From a virus: 64,000 nt of DNA. The position numbers and the translations under genes were made by a program. The stretch is taken from the IMG/VR virus record IMGVR_UViG_3300037485_001992, positions 2,885 to 66,884 of that record; one strand, given 5' to 3'. The notes below the pieces were generated by a model, which ran no database searches, was not told where the DNA came from, and saw only the letters and a program-made list of their open reading frames with translations. Of this stretch, positions 1 to 8,116 are shown in pieces (the stretch's first letter is position 1; the number at the start of each line of letters is the position of its first letter).

Positions 1-277
1 CAGGCTTAACGTCAACAAGTGCATGAGTTGGTCTATCGTCTTCACTGATAAATCCTCTCGACGCAGTGACCAGCTTCGTCCAAAGTTGTTCTTTGATCTC
101 CCCCACATGACCGTTCACCCAGCGACTGAGGGTGACACGTGTGACACCAATGGTGTCAGCGAGGTCTTCTCCCAAACGCTTGTAACGCTCCCTCAGAAGC
201 AGGATTTTTTCCTCGATTGTCATATCCTTAGCTCCAACTTTCACTAACTTCTCCGAACGGGACGGGGTTTTAGCCAT
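1..277 (-). CDS. XRE/Cro-CI family HTH transcriptional regulator, running off the window edge
   Basis: Not in the ORF track. Hand translation from ATG 277 (SD AAAGGAG) gives MAKTPSRSEK...EDLADTIGVTRVTLSRWVNG..., a typical HTH_3 motif, open to position 1. Confidence 0.8.
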   Translation of the reverse strand, partial: MAKTPSRSEKLVKVGAKDMTIEEKILLLRERYKRLGEDLADTIGVTRVTLSRWVNGHVGEIKEQLWTKLVTASRGFISEDDRPTHALVDVKP

Positions 278-305
278 CGTTAACTCCTTTCACTAGAGAA
301 CATCG

Positions 306-328
306 CTTGACATGCGGTGTTTGTCAAG
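306..328. promoter_or_regulatory. Inverted repeat CTTGACA-N9-TGTCAAG: candidate operator overlapping a -35 box on each strand
   Basis: Perfect 7-bp inverted repeat containing TTGACA, just upstream of the XRE gene; the -10 matches are weak. Confidence 0.5.
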
Positions 329-371
329 GCAATCTTTCACAGTGCTTCTGAGTTACCCTTGAAACTGCTGT

Positions 372-722
372 CTATTTCTTAGACACCTTGGGTTTCACTG
401 ACTTAGCAGGCACAAGGCGCTTCGGGGCTGGAATCTTCGCCACAGTGCTCATCAATTTACGACTGAGCATGACACGAATCCCATAGTGTTCTGGCAAGTC
501 TCTAAGCTTCCTGGCGTTGACGTCATAGAAGTGTTTCTTAGGTTTCAAGCGAGGTTGTAACGTCATGAGTCTCACGATGGATACAGTATTTCCGAGAGTG
601 ATTTGCTCAACTATTGTATCTACCATCGTGTCAACGACGTGGTTAATTGAGTACGTGGAAAGGCCCTTGATGCTGGGGTTGTTTCGTAACAGTTCCTTCA
701 ATGATGCTAATGTAACTTTCAA
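372..722 (-). CDS. HU/IHF-family DNA-binding protein with basic tail
   Basis: INHVVDTMVDTIVEQITLGNTVSIVRLMTLQPR...LPEHYGIRVMLSRKL fits the HU/IHF pattern; probable TTG start at 722 with AGGAG 7 nt upstream. Confidence 0.75.
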   Translation of the reverse strand: MKVTLASLKELLRNNPSIKGLSTYSINHVVDTMVDTIVEQITLGNTVSIVRLMTLQPRLKPKKHFYDVNARKLRDLPEHYGIRVMLSRKLMSTVAKIPAPKRLVPAKSVKPKVSKK

Positions 723-734
723 AAGGAGTCTCCT

Positions 735-1055
735 GTGAAACGTGGGTTTGGGTGGAAGAAGTCTGACAAGTACAGCCACGCCAAGTGGATCTCTGATACT
801 CTCTTCCTCCTCAGAAATTGTGATGGGTCGGAGATAAGGGGACGCGACGTGGTGGAGGTCGTTGAGACGTCCCTCGCCGCGTTGCGTATCGCTTTGATTG
901 AGCGCGGCCAGGTGTGCGTCAAGGGGCTCGGAACCATCGTCGTGATATTGGAGAATGGGAAGACAGAGTTCCGCTTCATACCTAGCCCTGATATGGCGAA
1001 ATCAGTCATGGCGTCCCTTCTATCTTCCCCACCCGCTTCGTCCTCTCAGCCCTAG
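735..1055 (+). CDS. Second HU/IHF-like protein with shortened arm
   Basis: DVVEVVETSLAALRIALIERGQVCVKGLGTI...FRFIPSPDMAKSV resembles the HU body; SD AGGAG 6 nt before GTG. Confidence 0.6.
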   Translation: MKRGFGWKKSDKYSHAKWISDTLFLLRNCDGSEIRGRDVVEVVETSLAALRIALIERGQVCVKGLGTIVVILENGKTEFRFIPSPDMAKSVMASLLSSPPASSSQP

Positions 1056-1443
1056 CGGATTGGATGTTCGCCTTGCGCGTAGCCAAGATGTCTTTGCGAA
1101 TCTGCGGGCTGTCCCCATCCACCATGATGCGTCTCCGAAAAGAAGATTGCTGCTCCGGTGTGAAGGTGCGAATGCTCCTATCCTTCAGGTTGGTGCTCAA
1201 TACTTCCAGTCGCGTGAGAGGATCATCTGTGGCAGACCAGTTCTTTATGAAATTATTATGGTCGAGTTTCTCATTGCGTGAGCGGCCATGGTCGACCAAG
1301 CTGAAGCTCGATTCGTCCCAAAGCTCATATGTGATATTCATTGGAGAACTACACACATCACATTGGAAAGGTTCTCCGTAAGGGACAACCACATCAGCTT
1401 CTATGTTGTCGCAGACTGGACATCTGTAGTCGTGCTTGGGCAT
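1006..1443 (-). CDS. FmdB-like zinc-ribbon protein
   Basis: MPKHDYRCPVC...FQCDVC, the MPxYxYxCxxC signature. Confidence 0.75.
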   Translation of the reverse strand: MPKHDYRCPVCDNIEADVVVPYGEPFQCDVCSSPMNITYELWDESSFSLVDHGRSRNEKLDHNNFIKNWSATDDPLTRLEVLSTNLKDRSIRTFTPEQQSSFRRRIMVDGDSPQIRKDILATRKANIQSARAERTKRVGKIEGTP

Positions 1444-1745
1444 CCTAATTCCTCCATCTTCTCTGCGAGCAGCTTCTCCAGAACCTTCCTATTCTTCTCG
1501 TTAGGGAACGCATAAGGACCACGATAGGCATAGGCGGCACTTCGCGATATGCCCGCCGCCACAAGCTCCTTGACTGTGAAATACTTCTTGAGCTTCTTTG
1601 CAAACTCCATATCGTCAAAGAACTTAGCTTGCCCGTTGGCTATCAGTCCTCCCCGATGCTCGGGTCTGAGCTGTTGTCTTGCAGCAGTCGTCTTTCCAGA
1701 CCGATTGCCAGCAGGAACAAAACGATAGTTATGATCAGTCATCAT
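1401..1745 (-). CDS. Hypothetical protein with a P-loop-like peptide and an HTH-like C-terminal half
   Basis: AGNRSGKT near the N-terminus; VKELVAAGISRSAAYAY; GGAGG SD. Confidence 0.6.
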   Translation of the reverse strand: MMTDHNYRFVPAGNRSGKTTAARQQLRPEHRGGLIANGQAKFFDDMEFAKKLKKYFTVKELVAAGISRSAAYAYRGPYAFPNEKNRKVLEKLLAEKMEELGCPSTTTDVQSATT

Positions 1746-1751
1746 GACACT

Positions 1752-1856
1752 TCAATCCTCCCCTGATGGTTTGTCCTGGTCGTCTTTCGGCAAGAGAGTT
1801 CCCAGAACCAGGGTGATAAGGCATACGAATATCAGTAACAATTCTCCCCATGACAC
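1752..1856 (-). CDS. 34-aa single-TM microprotein with TatA-like N-terminus
   Basis: Hand translation MSWGELLLIFVCLITLVLGTLLPKDDQDKPSGED; GGAGG SD before GTG; fills the gap between neighbouring genes. Confidence 0.6.
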   Translation of the reverse strand: MSWGELLLIFVCLITLVLGTLLPKDDQDKPSGED

Positions 1857-1857
1857 A

Positions 1858-2322
1858 TCAATCCTCCACAACGACGCGGGACTTCAGAAGCTCCACGGTG
1901 TTGATAAACGCTTTCTGCAGCAACTCGCTTGGAAGCTCCAGGGTGTAGACAGTCCCGCTTCTTCCCATGCCGGCCATGACGCAATCGGCAATGTGCTCCA
2001 GCACGTCAATCAGGTTCACGTCATCACGCACACCTTCAGGATAGTTGATGTGGTGACGCTCCTCGCGCTTGTGCATCTCGAACCAATCTTGAACCTTGAA
2101 GCCAGTCTTGAAGTCATTGTGGAAGTCATCAAGTTTGCAGAGTTTCGTGTAGTCGTGGTGAGCCCCTGCGTAGAACAGTCTCTCCATGAAGAAGTCCAGA
2201 GCCTTGCCCACGTCCCCAATGTGCTGGCAAGACGAATGGTACAGCGTTTCTCTTGTTACAGTCGAAAAGTCACACGTCCTGGTGTCTGCTGTGCTTGACT
2301 TATAAATTCGTATCTTGTCCAT
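1858..2322 (-). CDS. HD-superfamily metal-dependent phosphohydrolase-like protein (DUF5662-like)
   Basis: QHIGDV...HHDYTK...HKREERHH...EHIADC His/Asp pattern. Confidence 0.65.
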   Translation of the reverse strand: MDKIRIYKSSTADTRTCDFSTVTRETLYHSSCQHIGDVGKALDFFMERLFYAGAHHDYTKLCKLDDFHNDFKTGFKVQDWFEMHKREERHHINYPEGVRDDVNLIDVLEHIADCVMAGMGRSGTVYTLELPSELLQKAFINTVELLKSRVVVED

Positions 2323-2556
2323 CTAACGACCCCTTTCCTGCACATAGTTCTTGATTGCTTCGAGGCCCGAAATTTTCTGTTCGTCTGTGAGTGCAGCGAA
2401 CTTCTTCGTCATCGTTCCCACACGCAGACCCACTTCGTCTATCGCGCGACGGCTCGTCATCCATGCTTCTGGTGTTACGCCTGCTTGCAAACAGGCACAC
2501 CTAAATACGACGTCGATGAAGTCAGCGTCATCAACCGTTGGGACTCTCGTCTCCAT
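2323..2556 (-). CDS. Hypothetical protein
   Basis: ATG 2556 with AAGGAGG SD; abuts the next gene. Confidence 0.6.
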   Translation of the reverse strand: METRVPTVDDADFIDVVFRCACLQAGVTPEAWMTSRRAIDEVGLRVGTMTKKFAALTDEQKISGLEAIKNYVQERGR

Positions 2557-3094
2557 CTTGCACCTCCTTCTTCCCAACGCGCAGGCCGAAGGGCACACGC
2601 CCATCCCGCACATCAATCATGTGGGAGCGATGGGAAGCGAGCATCGAATCGCCATGCTGTTCAAGCTGCTGCGAAGCAAAAGCCCTTACCGTCTGCCACA
2701 GTTCGAACGGAATCGTTGTGAACTGTGCTTCGCCCTCAGGGAAGCAGAGGTCAGAGAAGCCGAGGATGCGGATGCCCACAGGGTCTGTGATACCAAAGAA
2801 CTGCATCATCTCTCCACCAAGCATCATCGCCTCTTTCACCGTGACCTTATCGTCCTTCGTCGCTTCACGAAACGCGTCTACCATAGCTTTCTTGATGGGG
2901 TAGAGGCGCTGCTCCTCAGGTGGAATCTCCACCCCATCCTCTGCGAGCATCTTCTCTTCAGGAAGGTCTGCTGTCTCATTCATGATCAACTCCGCTGCTT
3001 GTTCTGCCGTAATCAATCCTTCCACGATCTCTCCTTCTTCGTTTCTTGGAAAAACCATATCCATCAACATCTGCTGCTTCACTGCTAAGCTCAT
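2531..3094 (-). CDS. Hypothetical protein
   Basis: ATGA overlap with the resolvase stop. Confidence 0.65.
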   Translation of the reverse strand: MSLAVKQQMLMDMVFPRNEEGEIVEGLITAEQAAELIMNETADLPEEKMLAEDGVEIPPEEQRLYPIKKAMVDAFREATKDDKVTVKEAMMLGGEMMQFFGITDPVGIRILGFSDLCFPEGEAQFTTIPFELWQTVRAFASQQLEQHGDSMLASHRSHMIDVRDGRVPFGLRVGKKEVQDGDESPNG

Positions 3095-3567
3095 TGCTTC
3101 TTTATCCATGCGTGGCCGATACCCAAAGCATCGCACATTCCATCTTGCATCACTCTGCATCCCTTAGGCTTCAGCTGCGAAACCATCGATGGGTACAACC
3201 TTTGTGCTGCCATGCGTGACCTGTCCTTTGGTGCTGTCTTCACCGGGATGCCAGCGTGGAAGATTTTCGTCCAAACGTTTGGCGCCACGAATTCGAGTCT
3301 GCACTTCTCTGCGATGGTCGCACCAATGATGCAACCAACGTCTCGCCCGAACTTAAATGCAGCTGGTGCGCTCTGACCGGGCATCCCTCCCACCTTCTCC
3401 AGCACCACCGTTGTCATATGCTCCAGCATCTCGCAGATTGTCACGATGTCCACGTCGCTCCCAATCATTGGCATCGCCATGGCGCCAAGAGGTACGCCTT
3501 CCTCCCAGATGACGATGCCTCCTTTCTGTCCGGGGTCGATACTCATCCATCTCTGCGGCAGCTTCAT
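3091..3567 (-). CDS. RuvC-like Holliday junction resolvase
   Basis: SIDPG, VLEKV, FKFG, VAPNVW and DGMCDALGI motifs. Confidence 0.85.
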   Translation of the reverse strand: MKLPQRWMSIDPGQKGGIVIWEEGVPLGAMAMPMIGSDVDIVTICEMLEHMTTVVLEKVGGMPGQSAPAAFKFGRDVGCIIGATIAEKCRLEFVAPNVWTKIFHAGIPVKTAPKDRSRMAAQRLYPSMVSQLKPKGCRVMQDGMCDALGIGHAWIKKQ

Positions 3568-4877
3568 TCTCCCAATCCCCCTAGTGCTCGTTGTTCAATT
3601 GCATCTTTTCTTTGTAGCGCAGCTTCAATCTGCTCATCAATCCCCTCGCGCACAATCGAATACACGATGCAAGGTTTCGTCTGGCCAATGCGATGGATGC
3701 GTTTCATCGCTTGACGGTTCGCAGAGGGGAGCCAATTCTTGTCATTCACGATGCAAATACTTGCTGCTGTCAGCGTCTGTCCCACACCCATCGTCTTCGT
3801 CGTTGCTACCAGAACATCCGTGAGACCAGCTTGAAAGTTCTCGACAAACTCATCCCTCTTCCGCATTGATATAGATCCGTGTACGAGGCTGCAAGAGTAT
3901 TCCGCTCCTTCAAAAATCTCAGCCAAGCGGCACGCGGCCCGCACATGATCGGTGAACACGACGAGTGGGCCGAGTCCTTGTTCAAGCAAGTCAAGTGCGA
4001 AACGGCCAGTCTTTTCCGCTTTTTCAAATGCGTTTCTAGCCTTTGCTGTTGAGAAGTGCTCACCTCCCACGGTCTCCTCATCCTCATCCCACATCTCTTG
4101 CTTGCGCCCAGCTTGAAACGCTCCCCATTCAGTCCGCAGTTGTGACTCAAGTGCTTTGCTTCCTCCCTCAATCCCAATCTCAATAAGTCTAAGCGGAGGG
4201 AGGTCTGTCTCTTGCATCGTGTATCGGATGTAAATAGGCTTGATCCACTCACGCAGCTCCTCCTCGTTTCGCAGTCCTTCATACTCCGTCACCATGAACC
4301 CACCACGCTTCACCAGGCGCGTATGGGTGAACTCTCGCGCGAAGCTCCCCCACGAAGGGAACGCTTCACGGAATCCACAGTTGTTGACAAAATCAAGAAG
4401 CTTCAGTGGGTGGTAGAGGTCTGGTATCTTGTTGTTGAGGATGGTACCACTCATGAGAAGAAGGCGCCGGGGCTTGTACTTCTTGATATAATCGTGGAGC
4501 GTCTTACTTCGCTTCGCTTTGGGATTGCAGCAATATTGCGCTTCGTCGATCAAGTAAACACGCGCAACTTTGAATAGCTCCGGGCAACGTCCAATCATCT
4601 CGTATGACATCACGATGATGTTCGTGTCTTTCTTCAATCGAAACTTGGCATCATACCTTTGCATCTTCAGTTCAGGGAAAAGGCGCGCGGCCTCCCTCAT
4701 CCAATTGTGGCAGAGGGAAGCGGGGACAATGGCAAGGCATGGCTCTCCTAGTATTCTCGCCAATTCAAGCGCCGTGACGCCCTTTCCCGTTCCCATTTCC
4801 GATGCGTCGAGCACCCCGCGTCGCTTCATGATGCGGGCGAGAGTTTTGACCTGGTGCTTTCGTAGGGTGACAGGCAA
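3564..4877 (-). CDS. SNF2-family SF2 helicase/translocase
   Basis: EMGTGKG, IVPASL, IDEAQ, LMSGT, QAMKRIHRIGQ. Confidence 0.9.
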   Translation of the reverse strand: MPVTLRKHQVKTLARIMKRRGVLDASEMGTGKGVTALELARILGEPCLAIVPASLCHNWMREAARLFPELKMQRYDAKFRLKKDTNIIVMSYEMIGRCPELFKVARVYLIDEAQYCCNPKAKRSKTLHDYIKKYKPRRLLLMSGTILNNKIPDLYHPLKLLDFVNNCGFREAFPSWGSFAREFTHTRLVKRGGFMVTEYEGLRNEEELREWIKPIYIRYTMQETDLPPLRLIEIGIEGGSKALESQLRTEWGAFQAGRKQEMWDEDEETVGGEHFSTAKARNAFEKAEKTGRFALDLLEQGLGPLVVFTDHVRAACRLAEIFEGAEYSCSLVHGSISMRKRDEFVENFQAGLTDVLVATTKTMGVGQTLTAASICIVNDKNWLPSANRQAMKRIHRIGQTKPCIVYSIVREGIDEQIEAALQRKDAIEQRALGGLGE

Positions 4878-4883
4878 GAGAAA

Positions 4884-4909
4884 ACCTCCTCAACAGTTTG
4901 TCGGGAGGC
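4884..4909 (-). promoter_or_regulatory. Hairpin occluding the Shine-Dalgarno of the SNF2 gene
   Basis: Minus strand GCCTCC-CGACA-AAC-TGTTG-A-GGAGGT, 6 nt before a TTG start. Confidence 0.5.
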
Positions 4910-4954
4910 TATCAGGTTTGTCATGGAGTGTACAGTAGGGCCGGTAAATTCGGA

Positions 4955-6715
4955 CTATTCGTCAGCAAGCTTCTCGACCATCTTCTGGAACTCGTCTGTC
5001 ACTTCGCCATCACGGAGGACGACGACTTTTTTCTTCGCAAGAGCCGTGGAAATCTCCACCGCGCGGGCCTTCTTTGCAGCCTTCTCACGCCACTTCTTGC
5101 CCCAGTGACCGTCAAGCTCAGTCATCAGCAGCGGGCTTGTTTCTTTGTTGCCAGCGACCCACACCACTTCGTCAGCAGCCTTCACCTTAGCCTTGCCCTT
5201 GGCGACTGGCTTCTCTTCTTCCTCCTCGTCTTCCTCAGGCTCTTCCTTCGGAGCGGGCTTAGCGGCCTTCGCAGGCTTCGCTACGGGCTTCTCCTCTTCC
5301 TCGTCCTCAGGCTCTTCCTTTGTGACAGGAGCGGCCTTCGCTGCAGGCTTAGCCTCTTCCTTCGTGCTCTGGACAGTCGTGGGGAATCCGCCCTTCGGTG
5401 GCGGCAAGCCCTTCACACCAAGCATCTCGCACCAAGCGTGGAAAATCTGGTCTTGGCGCAAGTTAGACAAGTGAATCCAAAACTGGACTTTGATGTCGTT
5501 CATCGCCCTCTCAATGCACTCATTCATCCATGCTGCATCGACGGTCTTCGCTGTCTCGAAATAGAAGGGACGGCTGTATTCCTGCCCACCCAAGGAGCAA
5601 GACACGATGACGCGGCATGACTTCTCAGAAGGAAACCAATTCGTTTCTTTGACTACAACATTCAGCATATCTAGCTCCTCTTTGTTTATGTTCGGTGGAG
5701 TCCAGACAAGGTCCCCCACATCAATGATGTTCTCTGGCTCGATCACTTTCCCAGTCTTATTATTGCGAACTGCAGTGCGGGAGATGTGAACCTTCTTCTT
5801 GCTCTCTGTCGCCGTGCATCCGTAACATTGTGACCAATACTCGCAGGTGTGGTTAAACTCAAGACAGGCGGCGTAATTTCTCCTGGGTGGGAGAATCTCG
5901 TGGCCCATCTCTTCTGCTTGGAACTGCGTTGCCCCGTCCGCTCCCAGGTCCATCGCCCGAAGCCACATCGCCTTGTGCTCTGCGACCACCCGCTCCACGT
6001 CCATGTCTTCCTTCAAGACGTGCATGAAGTAACAACGGATGTTGGCCCTTTCGCGGAAACTCTCAAGGGATTCTTGATAGCCAGGGACAAGCTTGGTCTT
6101 GCACACTGCGCGGTAGATGACTCCTGCAAAGTCTGCGAGGTCCACGTCGTACCCGAGGTCACGCAACGCTTCCACAACCTGCGGAAGATGCTCTGTGTAC
6201 AAATTCAATTGTGGGTCATGCGTGAGACGGTTGGGCAGAAGGTCTTTCCACCAACCTGTCGACTTCAAATCCACAATCCAAAACCTGCCACGCTTGTCGA
6301 TTCCGATGGCATCAATCTTTCCGTAGGAGTGGTTAGACCTGATCTCCATTTCGCAGAGAACAATCGTCAGACCCGACCTGTCTGATACTTCGTAATACGC
6401 CATTATGCAGGCGTAGAGATGGTAAAAATCCATCTCATCAGACAGGTCTTCCGCCTCCATCGCCTCAATCAAGATGCGACGTTTGAACTCTTTGCGCGTG
6501 TGGTGCGTATGCTCTGCAATATGGTGAAGAGCACTTCCAAACTTGAACGGGTGCCAGTCAGGTTTAGAGTCTGGGTCATGCGGGACCTTCGCCACCTTGT
6601 AGAAATAATACTTCGCCTCACACATCCGTAGCGTCTGGTCAGAGGAGTGAGAGAGCGTGGTGGGAAGGTCCGTCTTGTCGATGGGATCAATGACCCCCTC
6701 TTCGTGGAAACTCAA
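4955..6715 (-). CDS. Cas4/RecB-like PD-(D/E)XK exonuclease with long acidic low-complexity C-terminal domain
   Basis: LSHSS...C, FGSALH, GKIDAIG, WIVDLKS, QLNLY, C-x5-CEYWSQC (Fe-S-type cysteines). Confidence 0.85.
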   Translation of the reverse strand: MSFHEEGVIDPIDKTDLPTTLSHSSDQTLRMCEAKYYFYKVAKVPHDPDSKPDWHPFKFGSALHHIAEHTHHTRKEFKRRILIEAMEAEDLSDEMDFYHLYACIMAYYEVSDRSGLTIVLCEMEIRSNHSYGKIDAIGIDKRGRFWIVDLKSTGWWKDLLPNRLTHDPQLNLYTEHLPQVVEALRDLGYDVDLADFAGVIYRAVCKTKLVPGYQESLESFRERANIRCYFMHVLKEDMDVERVVAEHKAMWLRAMDLGADGATQFQAEEMGHEILPPRRNYAACLEFNHTCEYWSQCYGCTATESKKKVHISRTAVRNNKTGKVIEPENIIDVGDLVWTPPNINKEELDMLNVVVKETNWFPSEKSCRVIVSCSLGGQEYSRPFYFETAKTVDAAWMNECIERAMNDIKVQFWIHLSNLRQDQIFHAWCEMLGVKGLPPPKGGFPTTVQSTKEEAKPAAKAAPVTKEEPEDEEEEKPVAKPAKAAKPAPKEEPEEDEEEEEKPVAKGKAKVKAADEVVWVAGNKETSPLLMTELDGHWGKKWREKAAKKARAVEISTALAKKKVVVLRDGEVTDEFQKMVEKLADE

Positions 6716-7227
6716 AGCACGAACTCCCCATCCTCTTCGTCATCATCTGCAGGGAGACTATCAGCGAACCGCTTCCGCTTCGCAGCTGGCTCTTCCTCAA
6801 CCTGTTCCTCGAAACGAGGTTTGCGTGAGGGTGGCTTGTGAGCAGGAGCTGCTTCCTCCTCTTCGCGCTTCGCAACGTCTGCCGAACTTCCCATGGAAGA
6901 ATCGAACAAAGTCTTGTCACGGAAGAGTTTGAGATTGTGGGCATAGGTCCCTGCATACGGACCCTTCTTCATCTTGTCCATTCCGGCATACTCAATTTTG
7001 ATGTAGTCGCCAGGAACGATGTTCGCTTCTTTGAATTTTTTCTCAAGGAGTGTGCAGCCATTCGCAATGAAAAGTGAACCAGTATCTTTGTCTTTGATTT
7101 CAAAATTCGGAATTGCGAATCGCCCTTTGCGTCGGCCTCGGTACCAGCCTTCGCAGACCGTTTCCCCGATTTCCATATCTTTATACGACTTGAAATTTCC
7201 TTGTCCGCCTTCTTCCTCAAAAGCCAT
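6712..7227 (-). CDS. Putative single-stranded DNA-binding protein
   Basis: Beta-rich OB-like N-terminal domain, acidic tail ending in hydrophobic residues, located next to the exonuclease. Confidence 0.65.
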   Translation of the reverse strand: MAFEEEGGQGNFKSYKDMEIGETVCEGWYRGRRKGRFAIPNFEIKDKDTGSLFIANGCTLLEKKFKEANIVPGDYIKIEYAGMDKMKKGPYAGTYAHNLKLFRDKTLFDSSMGSSADVAKREEEEAAPAHKPPSRKPRFEEQVEEEPAAKRKRFADSLPADDDEEDGEFVL

Positions 7228-7396
7228 ATTACTGTTTCCTTCCTTACTGCTTACTGCTTCGTGTTTCCTGGCGTTTCCCCTTTGTGTGCGGCTTTGCCAT
7301 GAGGCACAGGGCTATCTCTTGCAGTGGAGAGTTTGTGTGATTTTCCTCAGCCAGTAGTGTTTAAGGGAAACTGGAAAAGGTACCACCACAAGAGAC
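7228..7396 (-). promoter_or_regulatory. Structured 5' leader of the SSB gene with possible pseudoknot
   Basis: 14-bp stem 7383-7396/7314-7327 with G-U pairs valid on the minus strand; enclosed segment 7363-7371 complementary to 7273-7281. Confidence 0.55.
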
Positions 7397-7412
7397 AGTG
7401 TGGGTGAGACTA

Positions 7413-7832
7413 TCAGCGAAGGGCGGGATTTGCAAGCGTTACGTTTGAATCGTCACCATCCTCAAGAGATGGTAGGGAATCCGCCAGATTGACCCTTGCC
7501 AACGCCCGTTTTATGTGCCGCTCGATGGGGTAGAAAGTGCTCGATGGGTCAGTGATGGGACCAGCCAACTCCACCGCTGCAGCCACTTTCAGGAGCGTCA
7601 CCTCGCCTGGTGCATGGCAGAGCACATAGCCGCCGTTCGTGCCGCGTTGGCTGCTGAGGATTCCCCCAGCGCAGAGGAGCTTCAGGAGGTCATCAGAAAG
7701 CGTGGACGAGCAATTCCTCTTGCCCAGTAGCATCTCGCGCGTGTAGCGACCCGCAGAGCCAAGATTGCGGTCCTCTTCCGCCATCCGCGTCAGAAGCTCC
7801 CAAGCAATTCTCGTGTAGTGTGTCAGGCGCAT
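7413..7832 (-). CDS. Rrf2-family transcriptional regulator
   Basis: MRLTHYTRIA...LLKLLCAGGILSSQRGTNGGYVL...EVTLLKV...VNLAD; ATG 7832 with GGAGG SD. Confidence 0.85.
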   Translation of the reverse strand: MRLTHYTRIAWELLTRMAEEDRNLGSAGRYTREMLLGKRNCSSTLSDDLLKLLCAGGILSSQRGTNGGYVLCHAPGEVTLLKVAAAVELAGPITDPSSTFYPIERHIKRALARVNLADSLPSLEDGDDSNVTLANPALR

Positions 7833-8017
7833 CGGTCCCTCCCCTGTGATTTTTCTTCCTGCGTCCAGCCGCGGGCCTTTGTATGGTCCGCGCGACCCTC
7901 TCGGATGTCCTTTAACTCCCAGTCCCACAGTCGTCTCCCAGCGCAGTCCGTCGTCAGCGTGTTGTCATCCATCATCCCGCCACACACATCACACCAGACG
8001 CAATCCTTGTGTTCCAT
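7823..8017 (-). CDS. Small Cys-containing hypothetical protein
   Basis: MEHKDCVWCDVC...TTDCAG; GGGAGG SD. Confidence 0.55.
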   Translation of the reverse strand: MEHKDCVWCDVCGGMMDDNTLTTDCAGRRLWDWELKDIREGRADHTKARGWTQEEKSQGRDRCA

Positions 8018-8116
8018 GGCTTCCCTCCCTGCGAATACCAACCGACCCTAAGTGTTTGGTCATACGCTGCGGGTCGGCGGGACTACATGTCCATTGAGAG
8101 TGGGAAGGGTAGCACG

